Below, one piece after another: positions 13,947 through 27,756 of a DNA stretch of 64,000 nt; position 1 is the first letter of the stretch; each line of letters starts with the position of its first letter. Under the pieces are notes generated by a model. The model worked only from the letters and a program-made list of their open reading frames with translations, did not search any database and was not told the origin of the DNA. The position numbers and the translations under genes were made by a program. The stretch comes from Auanema rhodensis (lineage: Eukaryota > Animalia > Nematoda), in assembly GCA_964057225.1 (NCBI GenBank), contig OZ059897.1, forward strand, positions 14,198,001-14,262,000, in the 5' to 3' direction.

Positions 13947-16900
13947 TTAAAAACTCGTATTGAAGTTGTAACTGACGAGCAGAACGTAATCGTGATTTTA
14001 GTGTTTCTACTGTTACAAAACTGTCTTTGCTATAATTGTTACAAATCCAATCAACCTGGAAGGTTTTATACCTCTCAACAGATAGGTACAAATCTGAAAT
14101 TTTAATGATTTATATTGCTAGGCAAATATAACTATAATACCAGACATGATTTGAAAATCCTCTTCGCCATATTTGTTTAGATAGATTGCACGATGCATGG
14201 ATCCCATATTATCACCCAACACAACAAGAACGGCACTTTGTACAACCAAGAAAGCTCCAAAACTTGCTTGGCACGAGTGAAAACGCTAACAAATACAATT
14301 CTTGCTAAAAGATAATAAAACTTAATATTACTGAATATTTAGGCTGAGGATCTCCTCTAGTGTATGTTACGTGGCATCCACCCAAACATATTAATTGCCC
14401 ACAGAAAAGACAAATTGTAGGAAAATCAGGCAACTGCAAATATCAACATAGTGATAGTTGTTAATTATATGTCTAGCTTACAGTGCCACATGTGCCACAT
14501 GTAGTTCCAAATGCCCGACGAGCTAAAACAGAATATTCCTTCGGTAACTCCATAAAAACATAAGGTTTCCATGACAAAATTGGATTTTCAATCTGAAAAA
14601 TGTTAAATCATCTATACATACTAAGTCTGCATTTTCAAAAGAATGATAACACATTATTAAATCCTATGTTGATTTTTCAATGATGTTTTATGATTCACAG
14701 TTCTCAGAGTTCCTATAAGAACCACTCATTGACCGTGACATGACTAGTCAGCGTTTAAGCGCAGGCGGTTCACATTGTCATTGTCATAGGTCCAGTTATC
14801 AATCAGACAGACAAATGATTTCATGCCAAAATTTGCTCACAAATGATCTCAATCTCCGAACTCTTAGCGTTTGAAGATTTCGTACTTGCTCAGAACAGGG
14901 AAACAAATGAACAAGAGTTCAAAAAGTTTTCCGTCGTCGTGTAGAGAAACAGAGCTCCTCTTGTCTTCTCGCATTAATATTTACCTAGCCCTAGCGTACG
15001 TTCCCGAATTGTCTTGACTTCACATGCCTTTCATCTACCACACACAATCACACAGCTATTGATTCATGGTTTCGATTTCTTTATTCCAGCTCCCACTGGC
15101 AATTCATAAAAATATCAATATTATTTGCTTTGTCCGTATATTATACACCTTTAAGCTTTCAGCACCTTCAAACCGTTAATTCGCCACTGAACATTTATAA
15201 CAAAATTGTAATCGTTAAATTCATGTTTTTAATATATACCACGCACACAATATTTATATAGTAATCATTAGTTTTCTTGCAGAATAAACAGAGCAAGAAG
15301 AAAATCAATAACTGATTATTCGTACACAATAGCTTACTTGATGCGGCAGAGCAACAGCATGACATCGTTTCCACCTAGGGTAGGTTTTCATTTCTTCATA
15401 ACATGTTACTTCTGTTTGAACAGCAATCATGCATGTAAAACCGTGTGACATGTAGAATTCTTCTCGTATTAGGTCGTAAGGCGAGTAATACACGTACCAA
15501 TAATCGCCAAGCGCTTACAAGCACGCTTGCAGTTTTATTTTTTTCTGTATTTTTACTTCAGACTGTTTCTATACAGTCCTCAATAACTTCTGAAAGGATG
15601 GGAGCATTCGGAACACTTTCTCTCGATCATCAAACTCCTGGTCCTAGTAATCCTAACAGGTAATTTTACTCTGATGCAGACTACAAGCTCACTATTTACC
15701 TAACAAAAGCCAGCTTTAACACGAGGAAAAAGTATTATGTTGTAGGACGTCACAAACATCAATTCCTCATCGTCCAAGCCATCACGACTCAACACCTATT
15801 CTTTACCAACACACTCCATTATCCCAAGCTCACAGTGTCAGACCAATTTCAAATACGAGACAAACATATATTCCATTACGAGTTGCACATAATAAGAATG
15901 ATGTCTATCATCCAACAGTATCGAATGGTTAGTAATATCTTATTCAATATACAACTTGTTGTTTAGCTGATACCAGTGATACTCGCCGCAAATGTGACAA
16001 TCTCTCAGATGTCTATACCATGTCGGGAGACACCGTTGAATTTGCCCGAAACTTAGGAGAATATTTGAATGACAAGATTCCATATAGTTAGAAAACATTA
16101 TTTGTTTTTAAAAATAAAACTGATTCATTTTCAGTTGTAACAACAAGTTTATTAAGTCTCCTTTGTATTGTATTTTTTATTTTTGCTTTGATAGGTAAGT
16201 CAAACACATTTAAGCAAAAAATAATGTACTTTCAGGAGCACTCAATATTCCCTTCTGCCATATACAGCCTATGATCCCCATCTGGCTAATCATAGCTGGC
16301 TTCTTATTCATCTGCTCAGCCATTTTTCGTATATACAACGTTATTCCAGCGCCAAGAATTAAACGAAGAAATTTGTCTGTAGATATTTGTGTGAAGGGTA
16401 TTGAAATACTACTTTTTATAGCCAATATAGTTTGGCTCATACTAGGTAAAATAGCTGAACAAACTGTGTATTAACTACTTCCATTGTAGGCTGTGTTTGG
16501 GTTTATGGAAACAAAGCATATGTACACTTCGAGGACACATTTTTTCAGGAGCATTACTGTGATGAAGTTGTGTACTGGACTGCTTTCGTTGCCGTCACAG
16601 GCTATTTGGTAAAGTAACCGGTGTTGAATTAAGAATTATTGGATTTTTAAGGTTTTGGTGTGTCTACTCATCATCGGAATAATTGTCCTGCTATGTGTTG
16701 GATCTTACAAAGAAGCTACACCACATTCAACACCATAGTTGTGCAAAACTTTAAAGCATTCATTTTTTAAAAATAAAATTTACCTGATATGAACGAGAAT
16801 ATCCAATACAAGAATCTAGTCCACTCAGCCAGTTCTGAATAAAACTACCTTCAGGTACAAAGTCAGATATGTCCGCTGAAATGGGAAAAAGATGAAGCAT

Positions 16901-19900
16901 AATAAAAATGAAACACTACCTTTCTGGAAAAACTTGCAAACAGATTCTTCAGTTGGCCAACATTTAATATTGCAAACGGAAGATTCATTAAGAAACATTT
17001 GACCAAAGGATGCTAATCCCATAAAAGCATCACTGACTTGTTTAATTAAACTGTCTTTGGTTAAGCCCTAATTATTAGTACTGTTGTTAGCATTTGAAAA
17101 ATATTTACTTACATTTGCTTCAAAGTATTCAATTTCGGAAGGATCAGGTTGTTTTTTCAAGAGTATCATGTAAACTTCTCTTACTAATTTCATAATTCCC
17201 TAAATATGAAACGTGATTAAGTTTTTAAATAGATATTACCGTAGATTCGGATGAAGCGATAATCTCTTCAGCAAATTGTTTGGTAACACAAGGCAAAAGC
17301 AAGAAAAGAGACCTAACTAACTGGGATCCCAGAAACCGAGCCAGAATAATAACGCAAAAACCTGTTTTTCATAAAGCATAGTTTAAAAGTTCTTATAATT
17401 ACTTTACCAATTTTATCATTTTCTAATAATGTACTATCTAAAACAGTCGAGAACAAATATATTAATAGCATACGAGAATCTTGCTTGAAAAGATGAGTCT
17501 AAAATGAAATGACTATTGTAACATTAACAGAACAAATAACTAACCATTGTAGGTTTATTATACATCAATGATAAAATGGTACTCTTTTTTTCCCAATATC
17601 GAGGTCCCTATAATTAAGAAAATAATATAAGAAAGTTAGAATAACTATCAGACCAATTCTAGTATTTGTAATTCATCGTCTGATAATCCGCTAAATTGAT
17701 TCTCACTTGTATGCACAGTGTCGTTATCAATTTTCAATTTAAAAGAATTAATAACTTCGATTGATTCAGATTGACCAACAGGGTCCTTAAGCAATACGGT
17801 TAAATACTTCAAGTAATGTATGTTACACCTTTGATAAAAATAAATCTCTAATTGCAAATGTAATTTGCTCTACGTCAGCTTCACAACATTCTGTTGTTAA
17901 CACAGGTATCATATGTTCTAAAAATGAATTAGTTTCACTTAATAACAAAACGTCAGAGTACCAAGTAACGATGCGCGTAAACCGAATGTTTTATAATTGA
18001 GATCAAGTTGCTGAAGAGCTATCCCAATTTCGACATAATGCCTGATGATACGAAAAGTTGATTGAATGAAAAGAAGGTGGAGGTTCAAACCTAAGAGAGT
18101 TCAATACCGAGTTACAGTTCATAAAATGCGAAGAAAGTAATTTGATTGATATACGGTAGTAATTTTGATATTTTGCTTGCATTTCTGACCCCTAAAATAA
18201 AACAAATGAACATGCCACGTATTTCACTTTACCAGGTATTGACGCTTCATGTTTGAAATGATTTGAGCCATAGCACTCATGAACTGTAAAAGGCAATAGT
18301 AAGGTCGCACAAAATAAAACATACTTTGCTTGATGTTATTGTACTATTTTCATCAAAATAATTATCTAAAAGATACTTTCTATCTACGGAAAGTTTAACG
18401 GGGAGCACATCTGAAATAGAGAATCTGCATTTAGTGCAATAAACTCTAGTTTTTCCGGTCTCGGGGTCAAGCCTGAATGAATCTCTCTCCCTCTGCAAAA
18501 TAACATTACTGCACATATCATCATTAGAAACATACTGGCCGTATAGTGTGTTGATATTTATTGAAACAAGAAAGATGAAAGATGTGTCCACAAGTTCTCC
18601 AGTCACATATATCATGTCTCATAGAGAATTCTGCCTCCTTAACATGTTCACGCTGCCACTGTGATGAGGAAAATAAGGTAAGTTTTTAACGCAATAGCAC
18701 AAACAATAACTTACCGGAGTATATCGTAAACACAATTTTCTGTTGGGTCTTGACCATCCCTCTTGAAGTGATGTTGTAGGATCATCTAGTCTAGGAACTA
18801 CAGAAATAGTGGGAACTTGGGAAGACACCAGCGCAGACTTTCCACTCTGAAAATCCAAAGAAGTAAGGAGAAACAATCTAAAGTAACCCACTCTGATACC
18901 AATACCAATTGGGGCATCAGTTGTACTAGGAATATTTGAGTCATAACAAATTGGACATTCATATAGACGTCCAGTAGGCTGTATATTAAAAAATATAGTT
19001 TTAAATAGTTCGAATGTTATATTACCTCATCAGATTTCTTCTGTGGCGATTCTTCTGAAGCTTCGAACTTCTTAAGTAGCATTGAATTTCTTTTCAATTC
19101 CTTTTCCATTAATCGTTTTTGCAAAAGTTTTCCAGGTTTCTTAAAAAACATTATATATTGAAATATTACAATATCAAAACTAACCCGTTCTTCCTTCGAC
19201 TTCTTAGCTAATGGTGAACAAACAATTTTCATACAGAATGACATGAATACTTTAGCTTGTATTTCTCTGTAAGTAAAAGTATTATATGAAGCCTCAGACA
19301 AGCACTCGACGGTGGTTTTAATCAGGATACATCAGCTGACACGCATGAATGAATCATTGGCTAATTTTCCTAGAGAGAACTCGAACCAGTGAGCTCCGCC
19401 ACCTCAAGCCCGCACTTTCTCTCTACACCACGCAACCACACTTACACACGACATAACAGTGACAGAAAACGTCCAATATATTCCACAGGTCCTCCAACAA
19501 GACGATCCTTTATATACACTTCTTTCAAAACATTTTCGAAGTATTTTTCAGGGTTTGGAAGATCTTTAACATAATTTGAAAAACTCTTCAACAGAAAGAG
19601 AAAAATGCTCGTATTTGTTATTCTATAATAGGATATATTAATTGTGGTAAATAAGATATGTAATATACGTTTGATTCGTTTTCAGATAATAAATACGGAA
19701 AAACTTCTTGATCATTTCGTTTTGCTTAATTTGAGTTGCGTCCTTGAGATAATATAACGAAAGTGTCAGAAGATATACTATCAACTGATAGCACTGTTCG
19801 GTGATAATTCCATCTTTGAACTAAAATATAATAAAAACATAGAGTACTCTCTCGAAACATACCGCCGCAATACCAGAGAATATCATAGTAAGAAATGCAT

Positions 19901-22900
19901 CTGTGTGTAAAATTCTCGTAATATTAATCAGATATGGAGATCCGTTTGAGACTTCAATAATTCGGAATGGAATCCATAAATTAGGAATTCGTTTCTTGTC
20001 TTCCTCGGATAACTGCTCAGCATCACTAAAAATTGTGATGGAGGAGAACAGGGAAATTCAGCATACATAAACTTCAAATCTTGAAAGACAGAGTTGAATT
20101 GTCCCGCAAGGTGATTAGTGCACATGGAAGCTATAGGACACCACATCTTGGAATATAACTTCAAAGGATGAAATCAGTACAACATCTATTTCGCAAACTT
20201 TTACCGATTTTTTCACCACATACAAGTACGGCTTTTTTGTTCCATTTTCTACAAAATATTCAGAAACATCACAAATCTAAAAAAATCTGTCTGTTCATAT
20301 ATTTCTATTAATCATACCTCATTAACGAGTTGACAAATTTCATTTTGTTCTTCAACAGATGGTTGTGCATCAAAACCAAAATAGTTACTCATTATACTCT
20401 TCAAAGACTGCGGAATATTCTGAATATTATGAAGCTAAAAATAAAATATTCATAAATAAAGTTAAGTGTTATCTCGCCAGTTTTCGCTTTTTTACTTCTT
20501 CAGGTGACAAACCAGAGCTTTCAGGATTTACAATAAGTTCAGCAATTAATCTTAACAGACAAAAATGATATACAAATGTGGAACACACTTTATTACCTCA
20601 TCAGGCCTGTTAATAAAGGTTCAAACCATTCTTTAGATGTAATAACCATTTTCATTTCAGGACTGTTGTACTTGACAGAATGTAAAGCAACCCTGTTGAA
20701 ATGAAAAAAATAAAAACACAAAGATATAAAGAATGTTACTCAGGAATTTCGATATTTGTGTCCAGATCAATTGATTTTGCCGTATATCCAAGAAATGCAA
20801 TTGTAAGCCTTTGTTTGACCTTAAATTTACTTTTTACATCTTTAATGCTCACAATTGACCACCTCAAAGCGTGCATAGTGTTCTTGTAGAACATCACTGT
20901 ATTGGAGAAAAAGTTTAGAATCTTCCACTAGATCTATAATTGAATGTTAGTTACACAAATTTACATACATGTGTCAAAATTTTTAGAATTATCTCACAAT
21001 CGCTTTCAGCAATAGGGATCGGAGGAGTTTCGTAAGCTACGTCATATATATAGAAATATCTAAGCATTATACTCATAATGGAGGAAGGATCACAGTTTCC
21101 AACGATAAACCTAAAATACCCGTTCTCTTATATCCTGAGGTAGCCTTGTAAACCTGAGCAAGAAAAAATCTACATCTCGGAAAAAACGTTTAAAAGCCAG
21201 AAAGGAATGATTCAACATTCCAACAGCCATTTCTCTCCCATTTCGTACCCACATACGAGCTTTTTCTTCAAAATGACCAGCCTGAATATAGAGTATAATA
21301 TAGTTTTTTTTTTTGAAAAATGTAAACCATCGCTCTTAAGATGTGCATAGAAAGCCTTTCAAACAAATTGGAATTTACAAAATTTTGAATAGCATTATCA
21401 AACTGTTCCTTGTTATACATGTATGAAAGTAGAGTAGAAATATGTCTAAATGTTTAGTAATTATAAAAAAACATGTGGCGGAAAACAACCGATGTATTGG
21501 AAGGTTGAATGTAATGGTACAGTACCCAGTGAAAAGAATATATCCATTTATATCTTCTATTCTGAGCCAAGACTAAAAATTGATAAATCAGGTCACATCG
21601 AAAGAAAAATCCAACCTTCAATCTGTCAAGTAAATATTCAAAATAATGAATCAGTTTTTCATTAGAGCAGTATTGAAAGCATTTTGCTAGAAGAGATAAA
21701 GGTACGCACGACAAAGCATACTCCAGCATGATAGCTCTGAATAAGTATTTATTAGCATAAACATTTTTGAGATTTACCTTCTGGCCGTATCGTAAAAACG
21801 GTCATGATCAATATGCTCACCACTAACAATTCGTTCAGCTACGTATGCACCATGTAACTTCTCAAGTATCTCAACGTAAATTATAATTAATCTCTCATTT
21901 TGAATAAATTCGGTAGCTATTTTAGTATGTGACCACAACATTGCTAGATCTTTACCGATCATATAGAAAATTCGATACATCATAGGCTAAATAAAATTTA
22001 TCATTCGAAATCCTGCAAAATGGTTTCACCTCTTTTTCATCCAAAGCCATAGCGTTATAATGTATTCTACCATCAGGATGTTCAGCAGGAGGAGATTCTC
22101 GAACTATAAAAAAACTCTGAACAAATTAATATTATAAAAGAGAAAACCTTCCATTACAAAAGGTAACATATACTGTACACAGCTCAGCAGTAAACTAGAT
22201 ACTTTAAACTTTTCCTCCAATAGTATTGCAAAAGTTGAATTATGAAATATCTAAATTATAAACTGAATTTCATGACAACTTTAAAATTAAACTTGATGAG
22301 AAACGTGTAAGTTGCAGCTACAGCTATCAGTTGCACACTGATTTAAATGAGATGAAGTAGAAAAAGGACTTAAAGAATTGCAATATTGTCTTAATTGTTC
22401 AACAGCAACAGGATAGAGTTCAAGATAATGACGAGATATAATATTCTGAAACTTCGAAAATAGAAACTGAAGAACATTAAATAATACCGCAGCTTTAGAA
22501 TATGGCAACAAAAACGATATTATACTTCCCAAAGGCTTATCAAACTGGAAGTATACATACCAAAACATGTACTCATGTAGCATAGAATTAAAGCTGAAAG
22601 ATTCTGTAAATTAGATTCAAAAAATGAAAATACCGAAAGTTGAGTTCACGTTCTCGCTTATGAAAGAAATGCTCTATATTTCTAGACTTTGCCACAAAAT
22701 TTTTAAAAATTCTATCTAGTGCGTCTGTTCTGTACTGCATTTTGTATTCATTTTCTTTTGTTGATGCTGAAAAGCATAAGAATTACTTTATATGTCTGTG
22801 CATATTACTTACATTTAAATTCTTTTGAAGCCATGTCATCGTAAACGGCTTCATCCATTAGAATATCTGCGATAGCATCTCGAAGCGGTGAGCCATACTT

Positions 22901-23987
22901 TAAAATCTCCTAGAAAAAAAATAAAAATAGCATAACTTCTTCTTCAACATATTACACAGAAAAAATGAATTATAGGCCTAAATTTTTTCAAAGAATGTTT
23001 AACATCTGGTATATCTCTAATCAGTTCTGGATTATCGCACGTCGCATTAAACTCGGTATTTATAACATGTGTGTATACCTGTATGAAAATAAACTATATG
23101 ATAAGAATATAAATTTTTTTTTCTTACACAAGCGCGGATTTCAAGCAAAATAAGAAAAGAAAGTTGTCTCACAACATATTTAGCTAGCAGAAAACTTTTA
23201 TCGTCATCTTCAACTTTAAGCAGATTTTCCGTTCCATGCTGAGAACAACACCTAAATTTGAAAATGTTTGCAAAATATCTCTAAAATTTAAATACCCATC
23301 TCTTTTTAGTATATTAAGATCACCACAGCTACAAAGGCCGCTCACATTGTAAGATTTGACGATTTGATGCCCTTCGTGGCCGTGATCAATGAAGCAATCA
23401 TAACAGAGAGTGGGGTACGCTACGAGCTTATTAACAGAAACAAAAGAAGCTAAAAACTATACCTGCTCCAGAAGTACAAGTTAAACATATATAAGTACCA
23501 CTATTGCCATTCAGTCCTTTACTACACTGATGAGTGGGAAGAGAAGACCTCACTGTAATTTCTTAATGAAATTCGAAAATTTAAAGAAAAGCACTTCGAT
23601 TATGAAAGGTTTCATACTCATCCGCTTCGGAGACTAAAGCTCGGAGCCGTTCAAAGTCAAAATTAACTATATCATCTTGAACAACTGTTTCTAATGTAGT
23701 ATTCCATGTTTTCCAGATATTCCTTGAAATGTTATTCATATAACTCTTTTTACGTTACGAATTAGTTCCTAACCATAATCGTTTATCTTCTTGAGAATAT
23801 CTTAATGTCCAATAATGAGGACATCGTGCATTATCAAGTAGTTTTACTATCTTCTTCCAAAATAACACTGCTTCTTTAAGTTCGAGTTTAGACTGGAAAA
23901 TATATGAAAATAAGTGTTAAAATTTTGAAACTACTATTGGAGCTTTTGAATTCAGCAGTTGCTTACTGAAGGTCTTAAGCTGCTCAT
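13947..23987 (-). CDS. UBR1/2/3-family (UBR3-like) E3 ubiquitin ligase, divergent; start codon uncertain (23987 or ~24054)
   Basis: UBR box C..TYICLTC..TLCYDCFIDHGHEGH..LCSCGD..GCCSQH (~23230-23550); RING-H2 CPIC..CGHIFHLSC..CTKC (~18420-18960); C-terminal WKPYVFMELPKEY..CGTCGTLPDFPTICLFCG..AIYLNKYGEED..LSVERY. Many short introns; not every junction was checked. Confidence 0.85.
15598..16738 (+). CDS. TMEM272-like four-TM protein, nested antisense in a UBR intron
   Basis: 7 exons in frame: MGAFGTLSLDH..|..IFALIG|ALNIPFCHIQPMIPIWLIIAG..NIVWLILG|CVWVYG..HYCDEVVYWTAF..|..PHSTP*; C-x2-QP-x-IP-x-WL and WxxxGxxWVY..YC patterns; AATAAA at ~16772. Confidence 0.82.
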
Positions 23988-25032
23988 CTGTAGGAAAATC
24001 AACTGAAAAGACTGCTTTATTACCAATAGTGGGTTAATCATGTACCGTCATCATTTGTTGTGCTTGAGCTCATATTAGTAAAGATTCCCGATAAGATTGG
24101 AAAGAATAAATATAACACGTTTCACACAACAACTTTTTACTGATTTATATTATATATAAGCTAAAATATTTTTATCACAAATTCTCATAAGTTAACTATT
24201 GCTGCAAAAACAATATCTCTACTTGACGTTATTGAAAAAATGCTTGGGGCAAAGTACGCGGACTGACAAAAACAGCTTAAACAATTATAAAATCTAGATA
24301 ATCGGTCCTTAAACCAGTTTAAAAGAAAGATATATTATAATGCGAGATCACAATTTTTTATTTCTTGTATCGAATTGATTTAAACAGAGTGTTGTACAAA
24401 GACATTTGTGCATTATTTAGGTAGGAGCTAAACTTTCATATACACAATAATTTCTAAATAAGCTAATTTTCAAAATATGCGAGGAAAAAATATTGCGCCT
24501 ATGAAATATAGCCTTAACGGAATGGATGTCTAATTCTCTGACATTTATTTTGAGTAAGAGATTGCAGCGGTTGTCCTCTACTCATCAAAATCGTATTGAT
24601 TACCTCATATTTTTAGAAGGAAGGACCAGGAAGAGCAACTTTCGTTGAGAATTTTTTCATTTGAATGGATATTTAGCATAGAATAATGTGAGTTATTCCA
24701 ATCTAGTAAAGAACTTTCAAAAAATACATTTCTCGAATGTTACAAATAATTTATTATTTTAAAGGTAGACATATCTACTTCATTTACATAGTAGTCTGAA
24801 TTATCTAAGAGAATTAAACTTAGGCTTATATATATTACTTATTTTCTTAACAAAACTGAAATATTGAAGTCACTTCTCAAAAATCTGATATAATGTCTAC
24901 TACCGGTTTTCACACTATCACAGTTGTTGGGGCTAGAGACATGGAACACAGCATGACAAATTGTGAGTGTTCATTTATAAAAAGATCGATCAAGAGTCTC
25001 AATTAAAAAAACACAATAAGCATTGTTATAAA

Positions 25033-26915
25033 TTATGATATACTGGAATTGTTTAAAGTAAACATCCAAGGAAGCCAGAGGCATGTGGTTATATCAGGCC
25101 GATATTCCCACGAAAAAGTTAACATATGATCTATTGAAAGCCGACAAGGCCATGAAATATTCAGATCATTATCAAACACGTAGTCTCGATGCCTTAATAT
25201 ATTTGAAATTATGCAAATCGAGTTTCTATAATTTACTTTTGAGCATCAATAATTTGTTCTGTTTGTAGTTTTTCATTGAAAGGCATTCTATCCGTAACCA
25301 TTACATATGCAATGACACCAATCGACCTGACAAAATAATATTTATTTTTTTAAAGAACAATTGCACTTGCCATACATCTGCTTTATAAGGATTATAGGGT
25401 TCCCCCATTAATATTTCAGGAGCTGTATATGATTTTGAACCGCAGTACGTACTGGATAATTCCCGAGCAACCTGTTTACATTCTTGAAGCTAAAGCTTAG
25501 AATTTGAAAGCAAACCAATTTTGAAAATCCAAAATCGCTTATTTTAATGAGATGATCTGTGAATATAATTATGTTTTCTAATTTGAGGTCTCTATGTGCA
25601 ATTCCTAGCTGGAACAAATTGCTATTATTAATTTACAAAAATGTTACGGTTTATTCAAATTTTGACCGCAATGAACGGTTTATACCGTTATCTTAATCTT
25701 CCAGTTAAGTAATCTTCTCTCACATGCAAAAGATGTATCGCTAATACTATTTAAATTAGAAAAGAAATATTTGCAGAATATTAATGTTCAAATCAGTACA
25801 GCGGAATAAAGTAAAAGTTTTTGACTTAATGAGCAGGAAATCAAACACCTTATGCGCATTTCAAAAAACACCGCGTTCTTACGTCATGCATATGCTTTAC
25901 GCCATGTAAAATCTGGGACAACCAACTGCAAGCTTTCTGCTCTGGAAGTGGTCCATATTCTTGAACATAGGATAGCTAAAAAAACATAAACTCTCCGATA
26001 TATATATAAAATACCATATCTCCTCCACAGCCATACTCCATTGCCAAGAACACATAGTGTAGAGCTTCAAAATGTCCAAGTATTCGAACTAAATTTGGAT
26101 GATTCAAACGTTTCCAACAATCAATTTCTCTCGGAAGAAATTTGTTCCGAAAATCACTTGTTATTTTCAGATTATCTATTGTTTTGATGGCTATCTAAAT
26201 TTACTTGTTACTTCGATTCATTTTGGTAACCAATCATTTACCCGAAACCCTGTAGGAAGAAAGCGAGCTGATATTACTTCACTGTACCTCCCAGAACCTA
26301 GTTTTATGGAGTTCGATAAATCTATATTATGAAGCAAAAATAATTCGGACAATCGATTAGGGCCATTATTCGAATTCTCAAAGAAATTAAATTTTAAAAA
26401 AATATTATTTGATTTCAATAGAAAAGAGAGGTGTGGAAAAAAGGTTGAACTCACCGGCGTTATTCGAGGACAAGTTGTTTGGGCGAGAACTGGGCGACTG
26501 TAAACATTGTGGCAAGTATTTCGACCCCTTAGTGCTACAGAACGACATTGGGGTGGATACCGTGTTTGATTTGAAGACATGCACCCATTTTCCTTTTTAT
26601 GCAAAGGTGACTGGAAATATCCAAATAATATGCCGAAGAGTATGAAGAAAGAGAAGTTATAGAGCTTGTAAAATATTAGATGGCAAAAGCAGATTCAGAA
26701 TTGAGCGAAGCCAAAGTAGTTGCTACTATGTATGTACAGTCATACCATAATTCCGGACGTATCGTAAGAATTTTTGAGTGCTGGTGTTGGGGGTGGTGCT
26801 GGTGATTGTGAAGAAAGCAACTGGTATTGCTTCTGATGTTTCTGATGATTCTGCTGTTGATGCTGCGGTGGTGGTGGAACAATTACAGTTGATACAGGTC
26901 GATGTTCTCCGTCTC
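25033..26915 (-). CDS. Testis-specific serine kinase (TSSK)-like Ser/Thr kinase; 5' and 3' ends approximate
   Basis: [88 protein letters not shown]; Pro/Gln-rich N-terminal exon at ~26736-26914. Confidence 0.85.
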
Positions 26916-27756
26916 AAATTTTATTTATATAATTTTCTCTATTTTAATATTTGATAGGTTATTATGGTAAATAAACATTATAACTACCAACTTTCATATT
27001 GGCTTACTTTATTGTCGCTTTGACAACCGGGACGTAGCCTATTGAACATTAACCTAAGAAAAAAGACAAAATTCATGAATTTCTTTAACTTTTCTATTAA
27101 TCATAGTTTTTAAAGTTAAAATACTATCGATTACATAAAAACACAAAGAATTTAATAAATAAAAGCGTGAAAGTAAGCAAACCTCTATCCCGTAAATATA
27201 GTAATAACCAACCACTTTTCTATTCGTAACAACTTGAAAATGATTTCGACGAGAGGCGCTCTGACGCTTGTTATAAGTCCAATATTCCACGTAAAAATGA
27301 CGTAAATAGCAATTCATTAGTTAAAGTAATTTGCGTAGCGGGAGCTATTTATGCTAACTATCATAGCTATTCGATGATAATAAGTTCAAAATTTTAAACG
27401 TATAATATAATCCTGATGACCATTATATCTTTTAAATTTTATTCTAGATATCTCAAACAAAGAAGTTTCTATGTTAAAACTATATAAATTATATTCCATT
27501 AATATTCTTCAGATGATTGATGATTATATGGGTGACTATCGCATAGAAACATTACTTTTGCTTCTATACAGACGTTTACATACATTTCACTGATAAACCA
27601 GACATTCTTATCTAACTATTAAAAGTACAAGTCCAGATCAGTATCAATGTGTCTCGAATTACATGCGTTTAGATACTCGTTTGCTTTTTATAAATATTTT
27701 ACATTTTTAATCCAATTTTTAAAATTTTTGCACTAGGACAATTATGATATTTCAGA

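Noticed and set aside
22890-22960. Apparent in-frame TGA at a UBR splice junction
   Set aside because: Resolved by a phase-0 junction (FFC|EILKYG); no recoding needed
4520-24830. Isolated TTAGGC hexamers (~4526, ~6917, ~24820)
   Set aside because: Single copies expected by chance; no telomeric array or recognisable DNA-elimination breakpoint
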